Positions 47,503-57,459 of a DNA stretch of 64,000 nucleotides are shown here, in pieces (position 1 is the stretch's first letter; the number at the start of each line of letters is the position of its first letter). Below the pieces are notes generated by a model. The model searched no databases. It had not been told where the DNA came from and worked only from the letters and a program-made list of their open reading frames with translations. The position numbers and the translations under genes were made by a program. The DNA lies in contig JAKFYK010000013.1 in the NCBI GenBank assembly GCA_021730905.1, positions 12,871 through 76,870 of the forward strand. Reading direction: 5' to 3'. This stretch comes from Betaproteobacteria bacterium. Its GTDB lineage: Bacteria > Pseudomonadota > Gammaproteobacteria > Burkholderiales > SG8-41.

Positions 47503-49200
47503 TCAGCGGTGCGCTAGAACTTGAGGCCTGCGGTCGGCTGCAAGCGCCTGTCGAATCGGCGGACTATTGATCACGCTTACCAGCTTGTCAGCGTACGCCG
47601 GATCCGTTGCATAGCCACCGCGCTGGAGTCCTCGCGCGAAGCCTCTGGCGTCATCCTGCCCGCCTACGCCCGCGTAGCGCGCATTGTCACGCATCAGATT
47701 TGCGTAGTCGCGAAAACTCTCCTCATACGATGCATAGACGCGGAACTTCTCTACTACTTTGGTGGCGACACCATTGACGTAGGCGGTAGCGGTCTTTTCG
47801 ACCACGGGCCCTTTCCAGTCAGCCCCGGCCTTGATGCCAAACAGGTTATGGCTCGATTGGCCATCCGCCCTGCGAATTTCATATCGCCCCCAGCCGCTTT
47901 CGAGCGCCGCCTGTCCTACCACGAACTGCGGCTGTACACCGATGGATTGCGCTGCTTCCACTGCGTGCGACCAGACGCGATTTACAAAATCACCCGGTTG
48001 CTGGCTGGGCGAGGTGCTGGTAGCCGATGCAGCCGCCGGCCTTGCCGGCAGCGTTGCCGTTGCCACGGGTAATGCAATTAAGGCGGGCGCTGGTCTCGGC
48101 AGTTCAGGCGGTATCGCGACTACGTCCCTGTGAAAATCACTGCGTATATCGGATGCAGCCGCAGCAGTGGAATTATAGGCCGCACGCACCAATCCGCCCG
48201 CATAGGCGGGATTAGGTGCCATTGCCGAAACCACTGCGGCAGGAGCGCTTCTCGGCGCGACTGCCACGGCGGTGGAAATGTCAGCTGGCGCTTTGGGCGC
48301 AGCCAGCTCGCGGGTGCTGTTAATGACGCTGACCAGTTTATCGGCATAGGCCGGATCGGTGGCATAACCGCCGCGCTGCAGTCCTTGCGCGAAACCCTTG
48401 GCGTCACCCTGCCCGATGACACCGGCGTAGCGCGAGTTATCACGGAGCAGATTCGCGTAGTCGCGAAAGCTCTCGCTGTATGAAGCATAGACGCGAAACT
48501 TGTCGGTGGTCTTGACCGCAACGCCATTCACGTATTCGATGGTGGATTTTTCGACGGACGGCCCTTTCCAGTTGCCGCCGGCTTTGATGCCGAACAGGTT
48601 ATGGCTGGGCTGGCCATCCGCCGTGCGGATTTCATATCGCCCCCAACCGCTTTCGAGCGCCGCCTGCCCTACGATGAACTGAGGCTGCACGCCAATCGCC
48701 TGCGCCGCGTCCACCGCGTGCGACCATACGCGGCTTACAAAATCTCCTGGTTGCTGGTTCGCGGATGCGCTGGAAACCGGTGCGGCAACGCGGGTTGCCG
48801 CGAGCGCTGCAGCAGGTGCTGCAGCGGGGCTTGCAACCGGCGGCGCAAACGCCGCGGGAACATCGGCGAGCGGAACGCCGGATTTTCCGTTGCCCGCAAA
48901 ATTCGGGGAAAGCTGCCGCGTCATGACTTCCGCCAGACCGGTGCCGCGCTTGGCCATGTGTTGCGCCAGTTGCTGGTCCAACAGCGAGGTGTAAAGACGG
49001 GTTTGCTCACTGTCGAATGGGCCGTCCTGCGGCGTGGCAGAGCGCATGCCCTTGAGCACCATGCCCAGAAACAATGCTTCAAACTGCTTTGATGCGGCGC
49101 CGATGGATTCGCCGGGATTGGTTTTGGCCCTGAGCCTGAGTGATTCGAGTCCCTGGGTGTCGATCGCCAGCGCGCTCGGCGTATGGGCGGTTGGAGTCAT
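47503..49200 (-). CDS. flgJ: Flagellar rod-assembly protein / peptidoglycan hydrolase FlgJ with two tandem muramidase domains
   Basis: The N-terminus is a rod-binding region (ASKQFEALFLGMVLKGMRS). Two glucosaminidase-like domains follow, and each contains QAALESGWGRYEIR...HNLFGIKAG...RVYASY.ESFRDYANL...GYATDPAYADKLVSVINS. Confidence 0.9.
   Translation of the reverse strand: MTPTAHTPSALAIDTQGLESLRLRAKTNPGESIGAASKQFEALFLGMVLKGMRSATPQDGPFDSEQTRLYTSLLDQQLAQHMAKRGTGLAEVMTRQLSPNFAGNGKSGVPLADVPAAFAPPVASPAAAPAAALAATRVAAPVSSASANQQPGDFVSRVWSHAVDAAQAIGVQPQFIVGQAALESGWGRYEIRTADGQPSHNLFGIKAGGNWKGPSVEKSTIEYVNGVAVKTTDKFRVYASYSESFRDYANLLRDNSRYAGVIGQGDAKGFAQGLQRGGYATDPAYADKLVSVINSTRELAAPKAPADISTAVAVAPRSAPAAVVSAMAPNPAYAGGLVRAAYNSTAAAASDIRSDFHRDVVAIPPELPRPAPALIALPVATATLPARPAAASATSTSPSQQPGDFVNRVWSHAVEAAQSIGVQPQFVVGQAALESGWGRYEIRRADGQSSHNLFGIKAGADWKGPVVEKTATAYVNGVATKVVEKFRVYASYEESFRDYANLMRDNARYAGVGGQDDARGFARGLQRGGYATDPAYADKLVSVINSPPIRQALAADRRPQVLAHR
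47566..48003 (-). repeat. FlgJ muramidase domain copy 2 (approx. aa 400-545)
   Basis: See copy 1. The antisense ORFs 47831-48133 and 48500-682 also show the parallel repeat (MPNRLWL.WPSA.RISYRPQPLSSAACPT). Confidence 0.85.
48316..48756 (-). repeat. FlgJ muramidase domain copy 1 (approx. aa 149-295)
   Basis: This is an intragenic tandem duplication with a period of ~250 codons. The two copies differ by many substitutions at both the DNA and protein level. Confidence 0.85.
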
Positions 49201-49202
49201 GA

Positions 49203-50333
49203 TCAGATGATTTCAAGTTCGGCGCGCAGCGCGCCTGACGCCTTCATGGCCTGCAATATCGAGAGCAAGTCCTGGGGTGTGGCGCCAATGGAATTGAGTG
49301 CCTTCACCACTTCGGCAAGATTGACGCCCTTCAGCAGGGTCAAACCGCCCTTGTCCTGCCGGATTTCGATCTTGTCGCGTTGCGCCTGCACCGTCTGCCC
49401 TTGCGAGAACGGCCCCGGCTGGCTGATGACAGGCTCGCTGGAAATGGTCACCGAGAGATTGCCGTGCGCGATGGCGCAGGTCTCGACCGTCACTGCCTGA
49501 TTCATCACCACCGACCCGGTGCGCGCGTTGACGATCACCTTGGCCACACTGGCACCAGGCCGCACCTCCATGTTTTCCACGCGCGACAGGAATTCAACCC
49601 GCTGGTCTGGCGCCAGCGGTGCCGCCACCTGGATGGTGCGCGCGTCAACCGACGTTGCGGTGCCGGCACCAAAGGCTTCATTGATGACATCCACCATGCG
49701 CCGCGCCGTTGTGAAATCAGTGGTATTCAGTCCGAGAAAGATATGACCTTCGCGGCCCAACGCCGTCGGCACTTCGCGTTCCACGGTAGCGCCGCTGCTG
49801 ATACGTCCGACCGATAAATGATTGACGGTAACGCTCGAGCCGCCTGCGGTCGAAGCGCCAACACCGCCCACCAGCACATGGCCTTGCGCCATCGCATAGA
49901 TCAGGCCGTCGGCACCTCGCATCGGCGACATCAGCAAGGTACCGCCGCGCAAAGATTTGGCGTTGCCCATCGATGACACCGTAACGTCTATGGTCTGGCC
50001 GGGCTTGGCGAATGGCGGCAATACCGCAGTCAGCATCACCGCCGCTACGTTCTTCAGCTGCAGGCTGACGCCTGGCGGCAAATTGACGCCGAGTTGACCC
50101 AGCATGCTGGTCAGGCTCTGCACGGTAAAAGGCGTCTGGGTGGTTTGATCGCCGCTGCCATCAAGCCCGACCACCAGCCCATAACCCAGCAACTGATTGG
50201 CGCGTACGCCCTGAACCGTTGCCAGATCCTTGATGCGCTCCGCATGCAACGGCGGCGCAAGCAAGGTCAGCAGCGCTGTCGCGGCCGCTGTAACCAGTAA
50301 CGATATGTATCTTAAGTACATGTTTTTAAACAT
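49203..50333 (-). CDS. flgI: P-ring protein
   Basis: It has a signal peptide, then ERIKDLATVQGVRANQLLGYGLVVGLDGSGDQ. The C-terminus reads ILQAMKASGALRAELEII. Confidence 0.95.
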   Translation of the reverse strand: MFKNMYLRYISLLVTAAATALLTLLAPPLHAERIKDLATVQGVRANQLLGYGLVVGLDGSGDQTTQTPFTVQSLTSMLGQLGVNLPPGVSLQLKNVAAVMLTAVLPPFAKPGQTIDVTVSSMGNAKSLRGGTLLMSPMRGADGLIYAMAQGHVLVGGVGASTAGGSSVTVNHLSVGRISSGATVEREVPTALGREGHIFLGLNTTDFTTARRMVDVINEAFGAGTATSVDARTIQVAAPLAPDQRVEFLSRVENMEVRPGASVAKVIVNARTGSVVMNQAVTVETCAIAHGNLSVTISSEPVISQPGPFSQGQTVQAQRDKIEIRQDKGGLTLLKGVNLAEVVKALNSIGATPQDLLSILQAMKASGALRAELEII

Positions 50334-50345
50334 TATTCAATAAAA

Positions 50346-51011
50346 TCAAAACGGCAGAACGTTAAGGAAAAATTTGCTCAGCCAGCCCATAGCCTGCGTG
50401 CTGTCGATCTGGCCATTGCCGCGATATTCAATGCGCGCGTCGGCAACCTGCACGGAATTGACGCTATTCGCCGCAGTGATGTACGTGGGATTCACCACGC
50501 CTGAAAAGCGGATGAACTCCGATCCCTTGCTGATGCCGACCTGCTTCTCGCCGCTCACCAGCAAATTGCCGTTAGGCAGCACCTCGGTGACTGTCACCGT
50601 GATGGTGCCGGTAAACACATTGTTGCTGGTGCTTTGGCCGTCGCCGCTGAACTTGAAGTCCGAACTGGCGCCGAGGTTGGTGCCGAGGAAACTTTTTCCT
50701 GGCAGTCCTGCGATGCTGGATACGGAAAAATTGTTGTCACTGGAGCGATTGGTGGTGGAAGCCGATTTCTTGTCGGCATTGGTGTTCTCGACAATGCTGA
50801 TGGTCAGCGTATCGCCGACACTGCGCGCGCGCCGGTCTTCGAACAACGGCCGATACCCGTACCCCGCCTGATAGATACTGCCGTTGGCAACCACCGGCGG
50901 TGTGACCGCAGTCGAACGCGCCGTCATCGGCTGGTGCACCGATGTCGGCGGCGTGGTTGCAATACAGCCAGCCAACAAGAGCAGAACAACAAGCGTCGAG
51001 AAAATTTTCAT
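50346..51011 (-). CDS. flgH: L-ring lipoprotein
   Basis: It has a lipobox (LLLAGC) and carries LFEDRRARSVGDTLTISIVENT and ITVTVTEVLPNGNLLVSGEK. Confidence 0.95.
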   Translation of the reverse strand: MKIFSTLVVLLLLAGCIATTPPTSVHQPMTARSTAVTPPVVANGSIYQAGYGYRPLFEDRRARSVGDTLTISIVENTNADKKSASTTNRSSDNNFSVSSIAGLPGKSFLGTNLGASSDFKFSGDGQSTSNNVFTGTITVTVTEVLPNGNLLVSGEKQVGISKGSEFIRFSGVVNPTYITAANSVNSVQVADARIEYRGNGQIDSTQAMGWLSKFFLNVLPF

Positions 51012-51021
51012 ATTTATCCTG

Positions 51022-51804
51022 TTAAAGTTGCGACAGCCGCTGCAGCATCTGGTCCGATGTCTGGATCGCCTTGGAATTGATTTCGTAGGCGCGTTGCGTC
51101 TGTATCATGTTGACCAGTTCTTCCACCACGTTGACGTTCGATGTCTCGACGTAATTCTGGTTAATCAGGCCGAGGCCATTGGTGCCGGGCGCATTGGTGC
51201 TGGGCGTGCCTGAGGCAGCCGTTTCGAGATAAAGATTTTCACCCATGCTCTGCAAGCCAGCCGGGTTGACGAAGCCTGTCAGCTGCAAGGCGCCAACCTG
51301 CGTCGGCGTCGCCGACCCCGCGCGTGTCACCGATACCACGCCATCGCGGCCTATGGTGACGTTCAGCGCATTGGCCGGAATCGTAATCGCGGGCTGCACC
51401 TGAAAGCCGCTGGAGGTGACAATCTGTCCCTGGCTGTTGAGCTGAAACGAGCCGTCGCGCGTATACGCCGTGCTGCCATCGGGCAACTGCACCTGGAGGA
51501 AACCCGCGCCGTTGATGGCGACATCCAGTGGATTGCCAGTCTGCTGCAGATTACCCTGGGTAAAAATACGCTCGGTCGCGACCGGACGCACGCCGGTGCC
51601 GATTTGCAGGCCTGATGGCAACTGCGTCTGTGTAGACGACTGCGCGCCGGGCTGGCGCAAGGTCTGGTACAACAAATCCTCGAATACGGGGCGCGCGCGC
51701 TTGAAACCGTTGGTACTGACGTTCGCGAGGTTATTCGCGATCACGTCCATATTCGTCTGCTGCGCGTCAAGTCCGGTTTTTGAAATCCACAAAGAACGAA
51801 TCAT
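51022..51804 (-). CDS. flgG: Distal rod protein
   Basis: It carries [35 protein letters not shown] and the C-terminus [35 protein letters not shown]. Confidence 0.95.
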   Translation of the reverse strand: MIRSLWISKTGLDAQQTNMDVIANNLANVSTNGFKRARPVFEDLLYQTLRQPGAQSSTQTQLPSGLQIGTGVRPVATERIFTQGNLQQTGNPLDVAINGAGFLQVQLPDGSTAYTRDGSFQLNSQGQIVTSSGFQVQPAITIPANALNVTIGRDGVVSVTRAGSATPTQVGALQLTGFVNPAGLQSMGENLYLETAASGTPSTNAPGTNGLGLINQNYVETSNVNVVEELVNMIQTQRAYEINSKAIQTSDQMLQRLSQL

Positions 51805-51830
51805 GCTGTTTCCCGCCTGATGTTGATAAG

Positions 51831-52568
51831 TTAACCCTGAAGCGTCAGCAATTGCGCCGCCTGACGCGCGTTGGCTTCTGCGTTCTGTAAAGCTTTCATC
51901 TGCATGTCGAATTGCCGCGCCAGCGCGATCATGCTGACCATGGAATCGACCACATTGACGTTGCTCGTCTCAAGCGCGCCGGAAACGATGCGCACATTGG
52001 CGTCGGCCGGCACCTCGCCACGTGCACGAAACAAGCCGTCGTTGCCGCGCTCGAGGTTTGCTTCCGGCGGATTCACGAGCTTGATTCGCCCCACAGCGGA
52101 ACTGGCACCGGGTTGGGTACCCGCTTGCACCGTCGAAACTGTGCCGTCTCCGGCAATTGTCACCACGGTGCCGCCCGGAATGGAAATCGGACCGCCATCT
52201 CCGAGCACCGTGTGGCCATTCCGCGTCTGCAACACGCCGTTGGCGTTCAGTTGCAGGCTTCCGGCACGGGTGTACGCCTCGCTGCCGTCGGGTGCCTGCA
52301 CCGCAATCCAGCCTTTGCCCTGCACCGCGATATCGAGATCACGGCTGGTATGTTGTATCGCGCCCGGCGTAAAGTCGGCGCTCGGCGTCGAATCGACGAC
52401 AAAAGCGCGCGTCGGCGCACCCTCGCCGACCAGTGGCACCGCGCGAAACGCCATGGTCTCGGCGCGAAAGCCATTCGTGCTGAGATTCGCCAGGTTATGC
52501 GAAACCGTCGCCTGCTGGCCGAGCGTGTGTTTTGCGCCTGTCATCGACAGGTAAATCATGCGGTCCAA
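51831..52568 (-). CDS. flgF: Proximal rod protein
   Basis: It carries [35 protein letters not shown] and [27 protein letters not shown]. Confidence 0.93.
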   Translation of the reverse strand: MDRMIYLSMTGAKHTLGQQATVSHNLANLSTNGFRAETMAFRAVPLVGEGAPTRAFVVDSTPSADFTPGAIQHTSRDLDIAVQGKGWIAVQAPDGSEAYTRAGSLQLNANGVLQTRNGHTVLGDGGPISIPGGTVVTIAGDGTVSTVQAGTQPGASSAVGRIKLVNPPEANLERGNDGLFRARGEVPADANVRIVSGALETSNVNVVDSMVSMIALARQFDMQMKALQNAEANARQAAQLLTLQG

Positions 52569-52648
52569 AATGAAGTCCTCATAAATCAGCCGCCCGTTTC
52601 AAGGTGAAGTGCGGCTTGCCTGCCGTGGTTGCTGACAGTCACACCCGG

Positions 52649-53887
52649 TTATCTCAGGTTCACCAGTGTTTGCAGCATGGCGTCCTGAGTCTTGATGGTT
52701 TGCGCGTTCGCCTGGTAAACACGCTGCGCCGTGATCATCCTCACAAGTTCCGCGGTGAGGTCGACGTTGGACTCTTCAACCGCTGCGGACTGCAGGGGAC
52801 CAAAACTTCCGTCACCGGGGATGCCGGTTACCGGCAGGCCGGAATCGGAACTCGCCTCCCAGCGGTTGTTGCCGATGGGCTTAAGGCCCTGTGGATTGGC
52901 AAAACTGGAAAGAGCTACCTGTCCCAGATTCTTGGTCTGGCCGTTGGTATAGTTGCCGACGATGATGCCGTCGTTACTCACATTGAATCCGGCCAGGCGG
53001 CCGGATGTGAAACCGTCCTGGGACAGTGAATTGATTCCAAAATTGGAACCAAACTGCGTGCTGCCCGTTAAATCCAGTGAAAATGCCAACGGGGTCACTG
53101 CTCCGCCAGCCACGGTCAGCGAGGCAGGAACCGGCATCGCGGTCGTCATCACGCCTGAACTGTTGAATGCGACGGTGACGGGATTGCCGGCACCTGCGCC
53201 AAGATCCACGTTCGCGACTGCCGTGCCATCGACGGTGCCCCGCATCTCCCACTGTCCGGCAACGGCAGTCTTGACGAAGTACAGCGTGAACACATGCGCG
53301 TTGCCGAGCGTGTCATATACCGACCCCGACGTCGACTGGGTGAAGCTGGTGGGATCGATCGGATTAAACAATGCGGTCGCCGGAGGCACCTCGCGGGAAT
53401 CAAGATTGAGGTCGGCCAGAAACTTCGCCGTAGCAGAAGGCGCCAGCTGCGACGATGACAGTTGTAGCGGCACCGGTGTGGACAAGACGATATTCCCAGT
53501 GGCATCAGCAGCATATCCGGTCAATTGCGACCCGTCGCTGGTCACGACATAGCCGTCGCTATCGAGATGAAACTGTCCATTGCGCGTATAGGCAATAGAG
53601 CCGCTGTCGCTGACACGAAAAAAACCCTTGCCGTTGATCGCCAGATCAAGCGGATTATTGGTAGCCGTAAGATTGCCCTGCGTAAAACGCTGCCCAACCG
53701 CGGCCACCCGGCTGCCGAGACCGATCTGGCTGCCGCCGCCGCCGCTTAACGATGCTGCATAAACATCGGCAAACTCCGCGCGCGATCCCTTGAACCCGAC
53801 GGTTGCCGCGTTGGCGACGTTATTGCCGATTACATCGAGGTCCGCCGCGGCCACATTGAGGCCGCTCAATCCTGTTTGAAATGCCAT
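52649..53887 (-). CDS. flgE: Hook protein
   Basis: I chose the ATG at 53887, which has an AGGAG-like site upstream. It carries MAFQTGLSGLNVAAADLDVIGNNVANAATVGFK and the C-terminus EESNVDLTAELVRMITAQRVYQANAQTIKTQDAML. Confidence 0.93.
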   Translation of the reverse strand: MAFQTGLSGLNVAAADLDVIGNNVANAATVGFKGSRAEFADVYAASLSGGGGSQIGLGSRVAAVGQRFTQGNLTATNNPLDLAINGKGFFRVSDSGSIAYTRNGQFHLDSDGYVVTSDGSQLTGYAADATGNIVLSTPVPLQLSSSQLAPSATAKFLADLNLDSREVPPATALFNPIDPTSFTQSTSGSVYDTLGNAHVFTLYFVKTAVAGQWEMRGTVDGTAVANVDLGAGAGNPVTVAFNSSGVMTTAMPVPASLTVAGGAVTPLAFSLDLTGSTQFGSNFGINSLSQDGFTSGRLAGFNVSNDGIIVGNYTNGQTKNLGQVALSSFANPQGLKPIGNNRWEASSDSGLPVTGIPGDGSFGPLQSAAVEESNVDLTAELVRMITAQRVYQANAQTIKTQDAMLQTLVNLR

Positions 53888-53900
53888 GACTGTCTCCTGT

Positions 53901-54560
53901 TTACCTGATACTGCGAATTTGCTGCATGGTGAGATCGCCCAGACCATCCACCGTGACGCGCGCCCCGCTACCGCCCAGCGTCACGCCGGACACCGTCCCG
54001 GTGGAAACCGGCGTGGACGCAATTTTCTGTCCTGCGCCCATGGCTACCACCTGGAATGAGTAGGCCCCGGGTGCCATGGTTGCGCCGGCATCGTTGCGGC
54101 CATCCCAATCAAACGTCGTCAGCCCGCTATTGCGCGGCCCCAGTTCGAGTTGACGCACGACATTGCCCGCCGGCCCGCTGATATTGACCTTCACGCTGTC
54201 GGCCGCGCGGTCCAGCTGGATGCCGGCACGCGCCGGAGCACCCGCAGCGAGGGTCAGCTTGTTGCCGTCGGCCATAACCGTGCGCCCGATCAGGGAAGCG
54301 GACTGCATCGACTGACCGGCCAGAAAGGATGCCGACATCTCGCTGAGCGTCGTATTGAGTTTTTCAATGCCATTGACTGTATTGATCTGGGCGAGTTGCG
54401 AGGTTACCTGCGCATTGTCCAGAGGATTCAGCGGATCCTGGTTTTTCATCTGCGTAACCAGCAGCTTCAGAAAGCGGTCCTGAATTGCGCCGTTGGCCGA
54501 CGTTGACGGCGTGGCTGCGCCCGCCGCATTTGCACTGGCTATGTCCTGAATGATATTCAT
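53901..54560 (-). CDS. flgD: Hook capping/scaffold protein
   Basis: It carries FLKLLVTQMKNQDPLNPLDNAQVTSQLAQINTV and a FlgD Ig-like C-terminus. Confidence 0.92.
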   Translation of the reverse strand: MNIIQDIASANAAGAATPSTSANGAIQDRFLKLLVTQMKNQDPLNPLDNAQVTSQLAQINTVNGIEKLNTTLSEMSASFLAGQSMQSASLIGRTVMADGNKLTLAAGAPARAGIQLDRAADSVKVNISGPAGNVVRQLELGPRNSGLTTFDWDGRNDAGATMAPGAYSFQVVAMGAGQKIASTPVSTGTVSGVTLGGSGARVTVDGLGDLTMQQIRSIR

Positions 54561-54578
54561 GTCATTACCTCATTTTCT

Positions 54579-54983
54579 CTAGGAACCTAGTTGCAGGGTT
54601 TTCATCAACAATGTTTTCGCGGTATTCATCACCTCGACATTGTTCTGATAGGAGCGCGATGCCGAGATCATGTTGACCATTTCATCGACAACGTTAACGT
54701 TGGGCATGGTGACGTAGCCTTGCGCATCAGCCGAAGGATGCTTTGGATCATGAACTTTTTTCATCGGCGATTGATCTTCAATCACATCGCTTACCCGCAC
54801 GCCACTGGCATCGGCGCCGGCGATCGGGACAGTACTGAATACCACCTGCTTCGCCCGATAGGGCTTGCCGTCCGGACCCGTAACGCTGTCCGCATTGGCA
54901 AGATTGCTCGCCACGGTGTTGAGCCGGTGCGATTGCGCCGTCAGCGCGCCGCCGGAAATTTCAAATACATTGAACAGTGACAT
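54579..54983 (-). CDS. flgC: Proximal rod protein
   Basis: It carries [27 protein letters not shown] and [30 protein letters not shown]. Confidence 0.95.
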   Translation of the reverse strand: MSLFNVFEISGGALTAQSHRLNTVASNLANADSVTGPDGKPYRAKQVVFSTVPIAGADASGVRVSDVIEDQSPMKKVHDPKHPSADAQGYVTMPNVNVVDEMVNMISASRSYQNNVEVMNTAKTLLMKTLQLGS

Positions 54984-54985
54984 TG

Positions 54986-55393
54986 TTATCCTTGTATCGC
55001 AGAAAGCAGCGCCTTTAGCTTGCTGTTGATCATCATGAGGTTGGCTTCATAGTGAATGGCGTTCTGGGCAAATTGGGCTCGCTCGACATCCATGTCGACC
55101 GTATTGCCATCCAGGGAAGGCTGCACTGCCGTCCGATATTGCGCTGGCCCCGACGACAGCGCGGCAGCGTCACGTGTCGGCGAAAGATGCGCGCCCGACG
55201 TGCGTGCAAGTTCGGTGCCCGGCGCACGCCCAGCGACCAATTCCTGCATCGCCTTGCGAAAATCGATATCGCGCGCCTTATAGCCGGGCGTATCGGCATT
55301 TGCAATATTTGACGCCAGCAGCTGTTGCCGCTGCGCGCGCAAGTTAAGGGCGTCCGCGTGAAACTGCAGCGTCGAGTCCATCTGGTTAGCCAT
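54986..55393 (-). CDS. flgB: Proximal rod protein
   Basis: I chose the ATG at 55393. It carries [27 protein letters not shown] and [22 protein letters not shown]. Confidence 0.92.
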   Translation of the reverse strand: MANQMDSTLQFHADALNLRAQRQQLLASNIANADTPGYKARDIDFRKAMQELVAGRAPGTELARTSGAHLSPTRDAAALSSGPAQYRTAVQPSLDGNTVDMDVERAQFAQNAIHYEANLMMINSKLKALLSAIQG

Positions 55394-55445
55394 CAGCCAT
55401 CCCGCCTGTTGTGTTGTGATCACTCAATCGCCAAAACGCCCGGTC

Positions 55446-55472
55446 TAAAGTCATTGCACGAAGTGCCGTTAA
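55446..55472 (+). promoter_or_regulatory. Candidate sigma-28 promoter reading toward flgA-flgM-flgN
   Basis: The site reads TAAAGTCA (55446-55453), an 11-nt spacer, then GCCGTTAA (55465-55472). It lies in the flgB/flgA divergent region, ~210 nt upstream of the flgA ATG. Confidence 0.4.
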
Positions 55473-55680
55473 TACATGTAGTGCACTCGCTCGAATTTCA
55501 TAACCCGGTTTTCGGAATGCGGCGATCATAGGCAACGACACGCCGTGCCAATCGAAAGATTACTGGGTTAAAAGTATCCCAATTCCTACGCTGACGACCC
55601 GTCAAACGGCTGCAGAATGACTGTCGGTCAATGGCGGAAATGTGTCCGGAAATGTGCGAGCGCCATCGCGGAACTCAGGG

Positions 55681-56394
55681 ATGATGAGGATGAAACTACA
55701 CCAATCTGTCCGGCTGCTGGCATGCGCCATTGCGGTGCTGTCGTGCCAGGCGCTGCATGCGCAAATGGTGGCACGCCAGGACCCTGCGGCTATATACCGC
55801 GGCGTCGAAAATTTCCTGCGCACGCAAACTGCGGGCTCGCCCCATAAGATCGGCTATACCATTTCAACCGTGGATCCGCGGGTCGCTCTCCCCGCCTGTC
55901 CGGCGTTGGAGTTTTTTCTGCCGGCAGGTGCAAGACTGTGGGGACAAACGGCAGTAGGCGTGCGTTGCACCGGCGAAATGCCGTGGAGCATCTACGTCAC
56001 AGTACAAGTCACCGTAACTGGCAACTATCTGGTGCTGGCCCGTGCGGTTCCACAGGGACATACCGTGGCGGCCTCGGACGTTGCGTTGCAAAGCGGCGAT
56101 CTGACCCTTTTGCCGACGGGCGTCTTGTCGGACCCCGATCAGGCAGTGGGCAGGATTGTGGCGGGTGCGTTAGCGGCAGGCCAGCCGGTCAGCCGGGAAT
56201 CGCTGCGCACGCCAGTCGTGATCCAACAAGGACAAACCGTCATATTGCAGTCATCCGGCAGGGGATTTCGCGTGACCGCGGAAGGCAAGGCGCTGAATAA
56301 CGCGCAGGACGGACAGGTAGCGCAGGTACGAACGGCGTCCGGGCAAACGATAAGCGGTATTGCGCGCGCCAGCGGCATTGTGGAGATACGGTAA
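55681..56394 (+). CDS. flgA: P-ring assembly chaperone
   Basis: It has a signal-like N-terminus (MKLHQSVRLLACAIAVLSCQALHA) and carries GQTAVGVRC, GQPVSRESL and GQTVILQSSGRGFRVTAEGKALNNAQDGQVAQVR. The start is one of several close ATG/GTG codons. Confidence 0.88.
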   Translation: MMRMKLHQSVRLLACAIAVLSCQALHAQMVARQDPAAIYRGVENFLRTQTAGSPHKIGYTISTVDPRVALPACPALEFFLPAGARLWGQTAVGVRCTGEMPWSIYVTVQVTVTGNYLVLARAVPQGHTVAASDVALQSGDLTLLPTGVLSDPDQAVGRIVAGALAAGQPVSRESLRTPVVIQQGQTVILQSSGRGFRVTAEGKALNNAQDGQVAQVRTASGQTISGIARASGIVEIR

Positions 56395-56485
56395 TAAATA
56401 TTAATAAAATCAAATACTTAAATAAATTTCTCGTGCACACCAGCAACCCACATTCAACGCACCGCAAAAAAAATTCAAAAAATCC

Positions 56486-56513
56486 TAAAGTCCTGCCTTC
56501 GGTCATCCGTTAT
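56486..56513 (+). promoter_or_regulatory. Candidate sigma-28 promoter of flgM-flgN
   Basis: The site reads TAAAGTCC (56486-56493), a 12-nt spacer, then TCCGTTAT (56506-56513). It lies ~35 nt upstream of the flgM ATG. Confidence 0.5.
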
Positions 56514-56547
56514 AGCCAGTATTGCGAGAGTCCAAGAGAGTAAACCC

Positions 56548-56856
56548 ATGAAAATCGACAACAGCACGAAAACCATCACAGGCGGATTGCTTCGGGAAGA
56601 ACCGGGTCGGTCCATACGAAAGTCTGCGGACGATTCAGGCAGTCTTCCGCAAAGCACGCACGTGCAACTGAGCCCATTGTCGGCGCAGTTGCAAAGTATC
56701 CAGCGCGGTTTTGCCGACACGCCTGTGATCGATGCAACCCGTGTCGCCGAACTGAAGGAAGCCATCAGTAGTGGCCATTTCAAAGTGGATGCCGACAAGA
56801 TTGCGGATCGTTTGCTGAAAACCGTTCAGGATCTTATCGCCTCGCATAAGCGCTAA
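56548..56856 (+). CDS. flgM: Anti-sigma-28 factor
   Basis: This is a 102-aa protein whose C-terminus reads IDATRVAELKEAISSGHFKVDADKIADRLL. Confidence 0.9.
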   Translation: MKIDNSTKTITGGLLREEPGRSIRKSADDSGSLPQSTHVQLSPLSAQLQSIQRGFADTPVIDATRVAELKEAISSGHFKVDADKIADRLLKTVQDLIASHKR

Positions 56857-56870
56857 AAAGGCGCATCCCG

Positions 56871-57350
56871 ATGCCACTCAACTGCAACAATCTCCAACCG
56901 ACCCTATTGGCCGAAAATGAGGTGTTGCGCGCCTTTATCAAAGCGCTGCGCAATGAAGAACAGGCCTTGCTCAAGGGGAAAACCGACCAACTCGGTTTGT
57001 TCGCCGAGTCAAAGGGTCGATTGGTCATTGAATTGGCCAAGCTGGCGGAGATCAGGCTGCAATTGCTGCGCAATTACGGCGTGTCACCAGACCGTGCTGG
57101 AATGGAACAACTGCTGAATGAGCACTATGCGGGCGATAGCGAGGAATGCACGCAATGGGAACATCTGTTGCAACTGGCGACGACCGCGAACCAGATCAAT
57201 ACCAGTAATGGACTGCTGATCACGGCGCGTATGAAGTACACCCAACGGGCGCTAAACATGCTCTTCCCCGATGCACGGCTTCCCTCTGCGTATGCACCGG
57301 ATGGCAGCATCGTCGGATTTCGCCCTGCGCACCAGATCGCCGTCGCCTGA
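56871..57350 (+). CDS. flgN: FlgK/FlgL export chaperone
   Basis: It is a helical protein following flgM and carries LLAENEVLRAFIKALRNEEQALLKGKTDQL. Confidence 0.85.
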   Translation: MPLNCNNLQPTLLAENEVLRAFIKALRNEEQALLKGKTDQLGLFAESKGRLVIELAKLAEIRLQLLRNYGVSPDRAGMEQLLNEHYAGDSEECTQWEHLLQLATTANQINTSNGLLITARMKYTQRALNMLFPDARLPSAYAPDGSIVGFRPAHQIAVA

Positions 57351-57459
57351 CAGGCATCAGGCCCAGTACACCCCCTACGCCTTCCGCGTCCGCGGGCGCT
57401 TGGCCTGACCGCAAACCGCAATCATCGGTAGCACACGGACATCAATACCCTGGCGATGC

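Noticed and set aside
56395-56485. A very AT-rich stretch (TAATAAATATTAATAAAATCAAATACTTAAATAAATT) plus an A-run between flgA and flgM, considered as a possible small RNA or repeat.
   Set aside because: It has no internal repeat structure, hairpin or ORF. It is most simply an UP-element-like or curved-DNA region ahead of the flgM promoter.
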